Positions 12,353 through 26,300 of a stretch of 64,000 nucleotides of DNA are shown piece after piece. The stretch lies in NCBI RefSeq assembly GCF_001194135.2, contig NC_068982.1, positions 144,286,740 through 144,350,739 on the forward strand. The letters are read 5' to 3'. The notes beneath the pieces were generated by a model. That model made no database searches. It was not told where the DNA came from and was given only the letters and a program-made list of their open reading frames with translations. A program made the translations under genes and the position numbers. This DNA comes from Octopus bimaculoides. Lineage: Eukaryota. How positions within the stretch are numbered: position 1 is the first letter of the stretch; each line of letters opens with the position of its first letter.

Positions 12353-13907
12353 ACACAGAATGTAATTAAATAAATCAAAGAAACGACCAATTTGTTTGTT
12401 GAGAATCTAAGAGATATGCAGTAAATGACAGAAACAGGTCAATACACATCACAGAAGCAAACAAATCTGAGAAACCAATATAATCAATGGAAACTATTTT
12501 TTTACAAGAGGGGGCTAAATTTATCGGGAGCATAATCAAATAACATATGACATTCATACTATTCTTACAAAGGGTTAGCAGAGAAGTAAAGTGAAATCAA
12601 AATTGGGTTTAGCTCATCAATAATATCATATCATATTCCATAACTTTTACTCTATGGGGAAACAAAGTAATGTTCAACAAAGATGCTCATGTTTAATTGT
12701 AATTGACATAAATTTTATACAATTTCAGAGAAAACGCAGATGAGATAGTGTCATGATGATGATGATGATGATTGTAGTGATAATAATGACAACAACGACA
12801 AAATGTTTTTTAAAGGAAATTAGTAACAAATAAATTATAGAGTTGAAGCTGGGTTATACCACATTGGTACAATAACATTTGTTACTATTAAAAGTTAAAC
12901 AGGAAGGTTAACCTCTAAAGAGTTCCCTGTAAATACTGCATCAAGGAACTTGTAAACAAAAGTAATTTCTGATGAAAATGACTCTTTGAAAGTTTCATTA
13001 TGATATACATTTTAAAGAACACAAATTTTTAGCCAACAGTGTGATGTATAGTGGAATACACTTCAGCAAATGTAAACAAATGTTTTTTACCATCTCTCCT
13101 CTCCTCTCTCTCTCTCTCTCTCTGAAGAGATCCCAACTAAGACTGAAACCAGATCAGGCCAAACCACCTTTGCTGCCCACAGAGAGATGACAATGGCACC
13201 TATTTATATTTGTCAGAGTATATTCAATTACACATCTTAACAGTGGTTAAAAACTTGTTCTGTTTATAAAAGGTACACTTGATACAGTGTTTCTCATGCT
13301 GGGGCTGACAGGCTGGTGAAATTTAAAAAAAGAAAAAAGAAAAAGTGGAAAACAAGAAGGTGGGTGGTAAATAAATTACCATGATAAATAAAACTACAAT
13401 AGTCTTAGCATAATTTTAAACTTGTTCAACACCATGGAACACAAGGGGTTATATGGATGCAAAACCTATAAAATATTAAAACCAATGAGATTGGGTTGAG
13501 GGTAATTTCATTAATATTAGGCGTGGAAACTGAAATTTACCAGTCTGAGAATCACTGCCTTCAAATACATTTAAAATTGTCAAACACATGCTGGTTAGTA
13601 CATCAATAATTAAATATTTAACTAAGTAGCCCACAAAAATACTTTGTAAATTGGAGTAAACAATTTAATGAAATCATGATATATTGTAGTCATAAATAAC
13701 TATTGGCTATATTTTTCTCCACGGACAGACAAGAGTGGGTGTGTGATCTCTGAAGAGATTCCAGTTAGGATTAAAACTAGTCTAGACATTCCCTCAACCA
13801 CACATTTCTTTTCCTTTTTGTTACAAAGAGGAGATGAAAAGACATTTGTTTACATTTGTCCATTTTGTTTATTACATATCACACTGTTGGCTAAAAACTT
13901 GTATGGC

Positions 13908-13957
<50 letters not shown>

Positions 13958-14227
13958 NNNNNNNNNNNNNNNNNNNNNNNNNNNNNNNNNNNNNNNNNNN
14001 NNNNNNNNNNNNNNNNNNNNNNNNNNNNNNNNNNNNNNNNNNNNNNNNNNNNNNNNNNNNNNNNNNNNNNNNNNNNNNNNNNNNNNNNNNNNNNNNNNNN
14101 NNNNNNNNNNNNNNNNNNNNNNNNNNNNNNNNNNNNNNNNNNNNNNNNNNNNNNNNNNNNNNNNNNNNNNNNNNNNNNNNNNNNNNNNNNNNNNNNNNNN
14201 NNNNNNNNNNNNNNNNNNNNNNNNNNN
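13958..14227. other. Assembly gap (270 N); further gaps at 17971-18580, 33183-33246 and 46911-46920
   Basis: N runs, each flanked by dinucleotide microsatellites. Confidence 0.99.
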
Positions 14228-14269
<42 letters not shown>

Positions 14270-14889
14270 ATACATGACAGGCTCTTTCAGTTTCTGTCTA
14301 CCAAATCCACTCACAAGGCTTTGGTCGGCCTTAATACATATTTCAAAGTATCAAACACACACTGTTTAGTATATTAATTAATAAATATATCTGTCAGTAT
14401 CAATTTCATTAAATTATGCCCATATATAGAAGTGGTGGGGTTAGAGATGGCAAGGCAAGAGAGGAAGCAAAAAGGAAACATAGAAAGACAGAAACAAATT
14501 GGAGAAAGAGGGAGAGTGATGGAAACCAAGAGACAGAGAGGGCAAAAGGGACACGGGGCGAAATTAAGGGGAAGCGATGCATATATGTTAAAGACTAGTT
14601 TACAAATATTATTTTTGTAAAAATATCTGGTGTTTCCTTTTATTTATACAAAGTCTGTTTCAAGGTTATAGCCTCATTAAGCCAGAGTTTATTACAGTTT
14701 CTGAAGTGTATAAGCAATTGTAAGTATAAGAATCCTCACTGCAAGGGACACCAGTCCATCTCAAAACTTTTATTCCAAATGCTGCTACAGCTCAACTTCA
14801 GCTGAGTTGACTGGAGCCACAAAAAATGAAGTGCTTTGCTCAGGGATAAAGTGCATCAACCAGTTCAATAATCAAACTCACAACCTTAT

Positions 14890-14923
<34 letters not shown>

Positions 14924-15618
14924 TGTGTGTGTGTATATACACACACATACGTCTGAAGTGGTGTACAGATTTTATATATTAAGAAAAAGGAGGTAGTCAG
15001 AATTTTGGATAATTATTTATTTAGCACTTTCATCCCATTTCAGAGATTCATCAGGAATAATTTTTTTAATGGAAAATTTATGCCATTTATATATATATGA
15101 GTTAGCTGAAAAAATCTGGACTTAAATTACAAAGAGAATGTTGTTTGTTATTTTTTATCTGTATGTGTATGTGGTGAATATTTGGAGGCTTGGTTAGAAA
15201 GAAGGAAAAAAGGTGGGGGAAAAAAGATATAAAAAAAGATATATGATTGCCTAATTTGAGTTTATATCTTAATTCTTATGTGTGTGTGTGTGTGAACTGC
15301 AAAGAAGAGAAGTTTAAATAGAATGAAGAGAGAAAAACAACAACAACGAAGAATAAGAAGACAATACTAAATATCTTATCTGCTCTAATAGTAGTTCCAA
15401 AGCTGGTTCCAACTGCCAAAACCAGCAACAACAAAACTAAACATGTCACAATAATTTCATTCAGTTGATGAAAGAAAAAAATTACTGCTATAATTACTAC
15501 TGCAGCTACGACTACTACTATGAGAGCTATTAACAGACATGCCACAGTCAGAGATGCTCCATGCAATGAAAATATTATTTTCAAGACAAATATAAGATGT
15601 TATATAACAGTAACTTAC

Positions 15619-15695
15619 CGTTTAGGGTCATGAACCTCCACAGAAAATTTCTTCTCTCGATAATAAAGATTCTCTAACTGCTTCCAGTGGAATAT
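15619..15695 (-). CDS. FRMD4A: FRMD4 exon h (77 nt, phase 0/2): IFHWKQLENLYYREKKFSVEVHDPK(R)
   Basis: Acceptor tacttttacctcttctgtag, donor gtaagt. Near-identical to human FQWRQLENLYFREKKFSVEVHDP. Confidence 0.97.
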
Positions 15696-17933
15696 CTACA
15701 GAAGAGGTAAAAGTAGACAGAAAATATTCTAGAGAGACTTGGTAACTTTTAGAAGCCAAGGCAAAACTTATTCAAAAGGTATGTTTATACAAACATGTCT
15801 GCATGCATATATGTACATGCAGACATGAACACATATAGTTATGCAAACAAAAGACATGAGGAAACTCATCCTTATTTTCCTTTCATTTATTTTTTCATGC
15901 ATGAAATGAACCCAAAAGCAAACAAAAACAAAAAGATCATACAACCAATCCAACCCTCTTTTGGTCAGCCCGAGGCTATAGTAGAAGATACTTGCCCAAG
16001 GTGCCACGCAGTGGGAATGAACCCGGAACCATGTGGTTGGTAAGCAAGGTACTTACCACTTGCACAAAAATGCTAGGCCGATCTATCAGCCCATTCATCT
16101 TAAAAAGGCTAAACTTGTTCTATTCTGATTAGTTTATGTTGAATACTGATTTCAAATTTTGACACAAGACCAGCAATTTCAGTGTTGGGGTAAGTCAATT
16201 ACATCAACCTCAATGCTTAGCTGGTACTTATTTTATCGACCCTGAAAGGGTGAAAAGCAAAGTTGACCTCAATGGAATTTAAACTCAGAACATAAAGCTG
16301 CATGAAATTCCAACGTGCTAATTAATGGTTCTGCCAGCTTGCCTCTTTAGTTTATGCTTAATGCTAAAAGTTGATTCACTGAGACAACAGCATCTCTCAT
16401 TTGCAATGTTATCCTTAAGTTCCATTAGGGGAAAAAATATCATTTAGCCTTTGAAGTTTAGTTAGACAGAAAGGAAAACCAAGAAAAATTAATCTAAAGA
16501 TCCAGTTTTCAATAAAGTGATGCTACTAATAATAATGGTCTCTTACACAGGTACAAGGCCACATATTTTGGTGGGGAAGGATGCAGTCAACAATAAAATA
16601 CTGAAAGGTATTTTGTCTGGCACTTTACTGATATCTTTCATGAACAACAATCATAATAATGACTTTCAATATTGGAACATAATCACAAACCTCTGTAGAC
16701 AGCATTGTTAGTTGAGTGGTTTTTTAAAAATTCATTTTATCAACTCAATACTAATGAATGGCAAAGAGGATCACAATAGGATTTGAACTCAAAACTTAAA
16801 GGGAGGTAACTAAATGCCACAAAGCATTTTGTCCAGCGCTTTACAATTTCTTCCAGAAATGACACTTACACATCAACAGAGCTGGCAACTGTTAGGTTTG
16901 AAAAATATATGCATCACACCCTAACTACATATCCTAAACCACTTTAGTTCAGAATCTTGGACTCATTATCTACACCCACACACTTCTGATTTACAATAAA
17001 ATCAAATAACAGCAGAACAGTAGAAGAGGGAGTAGATAACATTATCAAGTTATAGGACTGCAAATTTGATAACAGACCAGAATGTTTAGAATAAGGTTTC
17101 AACATAGACAAAAAGTTCTTTATAGATATAGTGAGCTGAATTTAAAATTCATTTTCCCATTACAAGAAATTCCATTACTCTTAAGAGAGCTGTTACAGCT
17201 AATGTTAACCACTATTCAGAACAACAGTCCAGAAATGCATTTGCGTATGTGCTAATATATTTTGGATGTATGTGTGCATTTACAACACATCTTTTTCTTT
17301 TATTGATTAACACCTAAAAGGTAATTCTATCTTGTGTGACCGGGGTGTAGAAATACAGTGACAAATAGTAGAAATACTAACAACAACACAAAAACAGTCA
17401 ATTTAGTAGATAAGCTGTAAACACTCTCTTTCAGACATAAGATTATACAGCAGTGAAATAGCATTTCACAAGAATTCAAATTTTGAAAACCACTCTACCC
17501 AGAGGAATACAGAAAGAAGAAAATGTATAAAATAAAAATTACATCCTGACAGTGATATACTCATTGTTGGAACATATATAGTTGTTAAATTCCTCATTGT
17601 CACAATCTTGAATGAGGAAAGTTATGTGATATTTATACTTACACACATCTGCCATATGAAATAGTCACAAGGAAACCACTTTGATATATTACAGTGTGTT
17701 CATTTGTTTGTTGGCTTTAAATTTGTTTTTCCATCCTTGCATATTAATGAGACACTGTTTTACAACCAGATGACCTTCCTGTTTTTTTAAGAGATTTTTT
17801 TATTCAACTTGTTATGGAATGGGTAGAGCTAGCTAATATCTTGTTGGCAGAGAACTGTCAACCATTTGTAGCTTAGTGCAGAACGTAAACATTAACAGAA
17901 ACCCACATGCACACACACACACAAACCTATATA

Positions 17934-17970
<37 letters not shown>

Positions 17971-18580
17971 NNNNNNNNNNNNNNNNNNNNNNNNNNNNNN
18001 NNNNNNNNNNNNNNNNNNNNNNNNNNNNNNNNNNNNNNNNNNNNNNNNNNNNNNNNNNNNNNNNNNNNNNNNNNNNNNNNNNNNNNNNNNNNNNNNNNNN
18101 NNNNNNNNNNNNNNNNNNNNNNNNNNNNNNNNNNNNNNNNNNNNNNNNNNNNNNNNNNNNNNNNNNNNNNNNNNNNNNNNNNNNNNNNNNNNNNNNNNNN
18201 NNNNNNNNNNNNNNNNNNNNNNNNNNNNNNNNNNNNNNNNNNNNNNNNNNNNNNNNNNNNNNNNNNNNNNNNNNNNNNNNNNNNNNNNNNNNNNNNNNNN
18301 NNNNNNNNNNNNNNNNNNNNNNNNNNNNNNNNNNNNNNNNNNNNNNNNNNNNNNNNNNNNNNNNNNNNNNNNNNNNNNNNNNNNNNNNNNNNNNNNNNNN
18401 NNNNNNNNNNNNNNNNNNNNNNNNNNNNNNNNNNNNNNNNNNNNNNNNNNNNNNNNNNNNNNNNNNNNNNNNNNNNNNNNNNNNNNNNNNNNNNNNNNNN
18501 NNNNNNNNNNNNNNNNNNNNNNNNNNNNNNNNNNNNNNNNNNNNNNNNNNNNNNNNNNNNNNNNNNNNNNNNNNNNNNNN

Positions 18581-18631
<51 letters not shown>

Positions 18632-21600
18632 ATTCAGCATATCTTACTGAACATAGATGTACTGTAGAAGGCAAGCAAACAGCAATATTTGTCTCAAGAA
18701 AGCATCTCCCATAGATGTATAGTGCTAAAAAGCACTAAAGTAAATCAGTAGCAGACAAAAAATATCTAGCAGCTGTAGTAGAATTGTTAAATCTAGATTT
18801 CTGCTTCATTGCGCATCATCAGTAGTAACTATCTACGAGCAGCTTCATACTTAGACAAATTTAGCCTTTGACTAATATAGAAAAACAGTGATAAACAAAT
18901 CAATGATGTCACGAATAGCCATCCGGCTGAGTAAAAGTTTGTTATTAGTTACAAAAGCAGTATTACTTCAGAATAGCATTTTGTTATCTTTCCATCTGCT
19001 ACTGATATACTTCTGTGTTTTTAGCTCTGTCTGTATGAGATACTTTCTCAAGAGGAATAACAGTTTTATGGCTTTCTATAGTATATCCACTGTAAGATTA
19101 CAGAACCATACTTTGAATTAATATTGCTCCTGTCACTGATAATGACTTTTTACTCAGCCTGCTAGCTATTTGCAACACCAGTGGTTTGTTAAATAAATTG
19201 ATTTTCTATATCAGTAGAGGCTAAATTTGTCTAAGCATGTGGTTACTAGTGGATATCTGCTGCTGATGACATTAAAAGAAACAGAAATACCAATTTATCA
19301 ATTCTGCCACTGCTGCTAGACACTTCTCATTTGCTACTGATATAATTTTGTGCTTTTTAGCTCTATTATCTATATGAGATGCTTTCTTGAAATGGATGTT
19401 GCAGTTTTCTGGATTCCTACAGTATATGTATTTTAAGTGAGCTATACCTAATGCTATTTTGAACTAATACTGATAGTCATGTCTTTATTGGTTTAACAAC
19501 TATACTACCATACCGAAGTGGGCGTTATAACAATCCAGCATTAAAGATTACAACAACTGCTCCCATTTAACAAGAAATGTCTCTGTGTGTGTGTGTGTGT
19601 ACACATACACACACCCACCACAAGACAACTGTTTGAGGAAGATATTTTATATATAATAATCAAAATTAATAAACAAAATTCAAAGAGTTTACTAATGGTC
19701 AATACTGGCAAGTTAACTCAGTAAAAAAAAAAAAAAATGTTAGTATACTGTAAAAAAGAAACATATCTAAATATTTCAGGTGGAGCTCTGTATTCTTTGG
19801 TGAACAAGCTTTCATGTTTGATTTTCAATATTTTATAGGTGACTCAAGGCGACAAGCTGGCAGAACCGTTAGCACACTGGGCGAAATCCTTAGCAGCATT
19901 TCATCCATCTTTATGTTCTGAGTTCAAAAACTGATGACATTGACTTTGCCTATCATCTTTTCAAGGTTGATGAAATAAGTACCAGTTGAGCATTGGGGTC
20001 AATTTAATCAATTTAACTCCTCCACCGAAATCGCTGGCCCTGTGCCAAAATTTAAAACCAATATTTTATTTGTGACTCAAGGTAGCAAACTGGTAGAACT
20101 GTTGGTAGAACTGTTGGTATGCTGGGCAACTTAATGTCCTGAATTCAAATTCTGCCAAGGTCAACTTTGCTTTTTAGCCCTTCAGGGTCGATAAAATAAG
20201 TACCAATTGATGTAATTAATTTACCCTTTTCTCCAAATTGTTCTACCAGTTTGCCACCTTGAGACAAATTTCTTTAATTGTATGTGACTGAGTCTGGCTA
20301 ATGATTCTGATTGGCTAGCAGTTAAGGAAATTTGTGTAACTGTAATAGTAAAACATTACATACCTTTCGAGGGGTCTGTTTATCTGTTTTATCATAAACC
20401 GAGATACCTTTATGGCTAATGCCAAGCCACCATGGAATGTCTTTTTTATCCTGGAAATTGAAAGATAGAAAAAAAATAAGACGATTTAAATTTAGTCATT
20501 ATTCCTCAATTTTTTTTTTTTTTTGGCACCAGCATTCAACATATGACTTAAAGAAGATGAAAACAAATTAGTTTACTAAAAGAAGGAAACAAATTAAAAG
20601 ATTAAATTTGATACACTACAATTATCACTATTACCACAAAACTCTGTTTTATGTTCATACTAGTCAAATCCAGCCTCTCACACTGACCTTACAATGCTAT
20701 CCTAAAAACAATTGAAATCATTGAAGTTTCAAAGCTGTGAGATAATGCATGATTAATTCACAACAACATAAATGAATAAGCATTACATTTAATAGAGTAA
20801 TCTGAATGATAAAGAGTTAAAGTCCATTCTGTCATATTTTGGATGGACTGGTCTGACTCACAGCCAAAGTCCATCAACCTAGTTCTAAGTTAATATATAT
20901 AGATCTGTTAGGGTTAATGTCTTTAGATATGAACAAACTATTTAAAAAAAAGTTTTTCAACCTACATTTGCTAATTTCAAACACTAGCAATATAGGGTAT
21001 AAGCACTTTGGTACATTCCCACTCTATATGCATAGCTTCACTGGAAAGAGCAGGAAAGATAAAGATATAAAGAAAGAGAGAGAGAGAGTGGTTGCTACAA
21101 TTCCACTAAGGAACAGGATAAAGAAGAGAAAGTTTAACTGTCAGGGGAAGTTGCATGATCTGTGTCAATGTGGTTATTAGATATGAACAGAAATAAAGCC
21201 ATTCCAACTGAAGATAAAGTACACAGACACTATAAAAAAAGAAGAAATTGCTTGAAAATTAAACATTTGAAAATCATGTATAACTTACTTTTACTTCATA
21301 ATAGTGAATACCATATGTAGGCAGACTTTCACATATTGTCATGTAACTGGAAAAAAAAAAAATACACAACAGAGTCAATATGAACAAAACATTTTGATGA
21401 AATATAACATTCAAAATAATACTTTTGTGGATTTAAAGAACCTTATGTGTGAATGACTGACAATAATTTGTTAGACTGTGACTACGCACATTATTATGAT
21501 TTTGCTATGAAGGAGCAAATGTACAACCAGAAAAACAGTCCAACACAAACATGTAAGGGTAAACTGTAATGTTAGACTGCAGTGGTTGCTTCAATTATTT

Positions 21601-23257
21601 TTCATGTTATTCATTGATTACATATACATTCTTAAAATTGTTGCTGTTTAGCTCCATGTCAGATTTAACTGATAAGGCCTCCGATCAAATACATTCTAGA
21701 TATGACCATCCGTTTTGTCCTCCTAGCATTTTACGAAGGACTGTATTATCAATTTTCATTGTGTTCTAAGATAATAAGGATGTTAGTCGAGAGATTTAGC
21801 TACTATTTTCATGAGTGAGCACATAAAAGCTTCGTATTTAACTAAATTTATTAGGATGGCTGTAAAAGTAGACTACTTGACCAAATACTCTTTGGTATTT
21901 AGTTACATCCCTTTACATCCTGAGATCAGTTTCCATCCAAGTTGACTCTGCCTTTCACTCTTTTAAGCTAAACATAAAATAAGTACCTATCAAGTACTAG
22001 AGTCAGATTCAATGAACTGTTCCTACTGATATAATTCATTATCAAGAAGGAGAAAGTGAACGGAAGAGATAAAGGACTCTGCATGCTGCAGTGCATGCAT
22101 CTCATCTAGGGGAGCATTAACTGCAAATAAAACCTGTTACGGAGTAGACAGGTTTCTTTACTAGTGTGACCGACAACCTTTTTAGGGCTGGGTAGCAGAA
22201 TAAAAATGCACCAAATTCATGTGATTAGTGGTAGGAAGAGCAATCATTCAAAAACCATGCCAAACAAGAAAGCTTATATGACAAAAAAGATAGGTAGCTT
22301 TTTGTTCTTTTTTTAAACCATACGGAGATGGAAAAGGGGCCATGTATCCCTTTCACATTTACTTTTGTTGCGGTTTCTACAGCAGGATGCTCTTCTTATT
22401 ACTAACTACTTTATAATGTGTGTCAGATGCATTTCATTGTGACACTGCACTAGAGAGGTTGTCTTGTCCTCAGCATGACTAAAGCATTCTCTCTGTATTA
22501 TCTCCATATATTTGTTCAGGGGGAACAGATTGAGATGGTGATAAAAATAGGGAAAGAAGAGAGCCAGAATGATAGGAACAAGAGCAATGGAAGTGGGGAG
22601 TGAGGGAGTGTAAGACAACTATATGATTGATGGTTGATGGTAAAGAGATTGGTTAGAAGTAATATAACTGAAAGGTTAATGGGAGGGAGGGAGGGAGAGA
22701 GTGAGAGAGAGAGAGCAACATGATGATTGCTGATAGAGACTGAAAAGAAGCAACAAGAGCAATGTGATGGAGGAAAGAGAGAATGGTATGAAGAAGATTG
22801 GGTGATAAAGGGAGTATTGAAAGAAGGAGTGATAGATAGTTATGAGGATGGGTGGTAGTAAGAAAGTGGGTGTAATGCTTCCCAATAATGAGTGATAAGG
22901 AAAGGAGTGAAGTGGGAGAGAAAGAGCTGGCTAACAATAAAGCTGATGGAAAAGAGGGGAGTGAATAAGGACTTCAAATGCAATGATGTCCCTCACTACA
23001 CAGGTGACATGATAGGCAGAAGGGAGAATGGCAGTAAGTATTTTCATTAGTAAGAGAGGGTGTGAGTGACATATGTGAGAGTAACAAAGTGTGGGGGGGG
23101 GGGGATGGTAGATGAAGATTTAATTAATTAATATTGCTGCAATGGCTGAGAGTAATGGAAAAGAGAGTGGAAGAATGATAGACAGCAGCACAATGGTTGT
23201 TGGTGATGTAGATGTTATACAAGCCAATCTCCATCACCACCATCATATTTCATGTTT

Positions 23258-23303
<46 letters not shown>

Positions 23304-26300
23304 CTGAGAGATACATTTCCATGCTTGGTTGTGTGAGATGCAGCTTTGAAATTCTGAATTTCATGTTTGAATACAGTATCAGAAAGTTTGTCATTGAACA
23401 CAGGATCATAACAAGGCCCCACTATCATTATACTCATCATCATATCTATGCATGTTTTCCCAGCATATCACTATTTGTCATGGTCCTTTGTCATCTCCTT
23501 CGTGAAGTCCAGGATCTTGAGATTAGATTTTACCATTTCTACCCATTGGTTTTCTTGCAAGCATCTTCCTTCAACTTGCATCCTTTGATTCTTTTTTTTT
23601 TTTTTTTTACCAAACTATCATTCCATATAGTAGCATAATAAAAGACTTACTTAACAATAGAAAGACCTCTTGAAGTGCCTTCGATCTTCTGATAATGGAA
23701 TAAAACACGCTCTTCACTGTAAAAATGAAAAGAAAGATACAGATTAGAAATGAGCAAATCACATGTTTTTAAGTGTTTTCTTTAAATATATAAATTATAC
23801 ATACGCTCACACACACACATAAGTATGATTAACTGTTTAACTTTCTACTGTGTTTTGTCTTAGCAATACAAGTAAAATTGTAGTAAAGATTGTTTGCCAA
23901 CATAACATGGCAGTCCTGGTTTAGGATGAATGTTGCTGTAATTTAGCCCCAGGAGACATCGTCTACAGCTGGCTATACGACACAATCTGTGTCCTTATTT
24001 TTTTGAACAAGGGAATCTAGCACCCCCACTCAGCTCAAAACAATATCTGTGTATCGCGATTTCCAGGTTATTTCCCTTCATCAGCACTCTGTTAAATACC
24101 TTCGCCAAGTCAATGAATGCCAGGTATAGTGGTTAACTCTTAGCTAAGTATTTCTCTTGTAGTTGCCTCACAAGGAAGATTACATCCATGGTACCTCTTC
24201 TGGGAGCAGAACCTAACTGTATTTCATTTAGCTTTACCCTGTTACAAATGAATTGTGTTATGACTTTCATAACCTGATCCAGTAGTTTGATTCCTCTACA
24301 ATTTTTTTAGTCTAGTAACAAATAGAGGAATCAGTATTAGAACTGGTAGTATCATACATTGATGAGTCAGAGCTGACGCTTTTGTATACTGACTCTTGAA
24401 CTCAGCTCAACAAGACACTAACTCTATGTCAGTACCTCACTTCATTCAGCTTTGGAGAGTAGATACCACAATTTTGAATGGAAAGTCATCTGCAATAGCT
24501 ATGTAAAGAGTAAAACACCATCTTAAAGATTGTGATTCATGAAAGTTTGAACTTTAAGTTTTTGAACTGCACATTTTAAACTCTGAGGTTGATGTTAAAT
24601 TTTGCTGTTAAGCAAAGTAATGCAAAGCAAATGATATAATTTGCCTAAGATTTATCACTCACTGACTGTAATAAAGGTCAAAACCATGACCCAAAGGTTA
24701 ATAATCATCTCAACTTCTCAATAAATCCATGAACTCATAAATGAAAAAATACTCTTGTAATATAATATTAAAAGATTTTACATACCAGTAACCTAGAGAA
24801 GGATGTTCTTGTAACGTTCGGGTTGGGACAACATATAACTTTTTCAAATCTTCGCGAGCATTTTCCACCCTGCAGTAATATATAAATGGATAGATTAATT
24901 ATTTAAAAAATTACCACCATGCTTAAACAAAGCAACAAAAAATTATCATTATAGGAAAGAACAATTTAGGTTTCAATTACATTCTGAAAGAGGTCATGCT
25001 GGCCATTTACAAACACATGCACACCATAGCATTTCCTAGCTTGAGATGTCAAAGTTATAACCACATACCAGTCATATGAACACAAAGAGAATACATTGCA
25101 TCTATCATGTGTGTGTGTGCATGCATGCACGCACGTGAATATAAGTACGTACTGCCTTTAATTCAGAGACTTCACAAAGAAGACACAAAACTTTATATGT
25201 TTTGATATATCTATAAACACAGTGAAGAGATCTGTAGAAACCATACTAAAGTTGTGATGGTTCTCCAGTTTGTTAGATCCTGTTAAACCAGCTAATCCAT
25301 AACAACATGGAAAATAGACATGAAAATGATGATGATGGTATGTGTGTTACAGACACACCAACATATACATACAAAAAGTCAAGAATATAATCACACATAC
25401 TCCAAATGTCTTTAATCATCCCTATGTCTTGAGATTAACAGTAGCAGAAATTTCATTTTTTAGAGTGATATAAACTTATTTAATAACAGTTAAAATTCAA
25501 AAACTTACGTTGTAAAATTTCCATAAGTTATTTGCAATACATAAGCTGCAAGTTCAAATACTGTTTCACTATTACACTCAAGAAGGCCCTGCAAAGGAAA
25601 AGAAAAAGTCAAAGAAAAGCCAAATAGTCATTGTGAATGTCAAGATGAATTTTCAATAGGCAATGTAGGTTTGCTTCAGAGTTTAATTAAACCAAATAGC
25701 AAATAAAAAAAATAAAAAGTTTTATTGCAAAAAAATTATTTTATTGAAAAAAAAAAAAAATGTAATTTGGGGAAGGAATTAATCTATGCATTGAATGTTA
25801 ATAGTTAAATGTAAAAAGGAAATGGTGATTGTTAATTCTCTTTTTCAGATTGTGCAAACCATAGATAGGTGGAAATACATAGCCAGATGTCAGCTGTATG
25901 AAAATAAGATGTTTGTCATGGGACACACATACCTTAACACCATATCAACAATGGCTAAATTATTAAAGGCAAAAATATTTATAATTAACAGATAAACAAT
26001 AAGGGAACATGTAGAGTAACAATAGATAAAAACTGTAGTGAGCTTTTACAAACTTAAATAAATTCCCAGTCTGTATGAAAACTGTGCTTCTTTTTTTTTT
26101 TGCTTTTGATCATATAAAATGATTGTGTGGCTAGGGTCTCCACTTTACAGCCCTTACTAAGTTGTAGTAGGCTCGATTTTTGATTTATTCAGTGTTTCAT
26201 AAATAAAAATATAAAACAATTGTTTTCTTCAAAAACGAAAATTTTTAACCATTCTGATATCCAAGATTGCCTCTAATTCCATGATAGAAACACCATTTTA

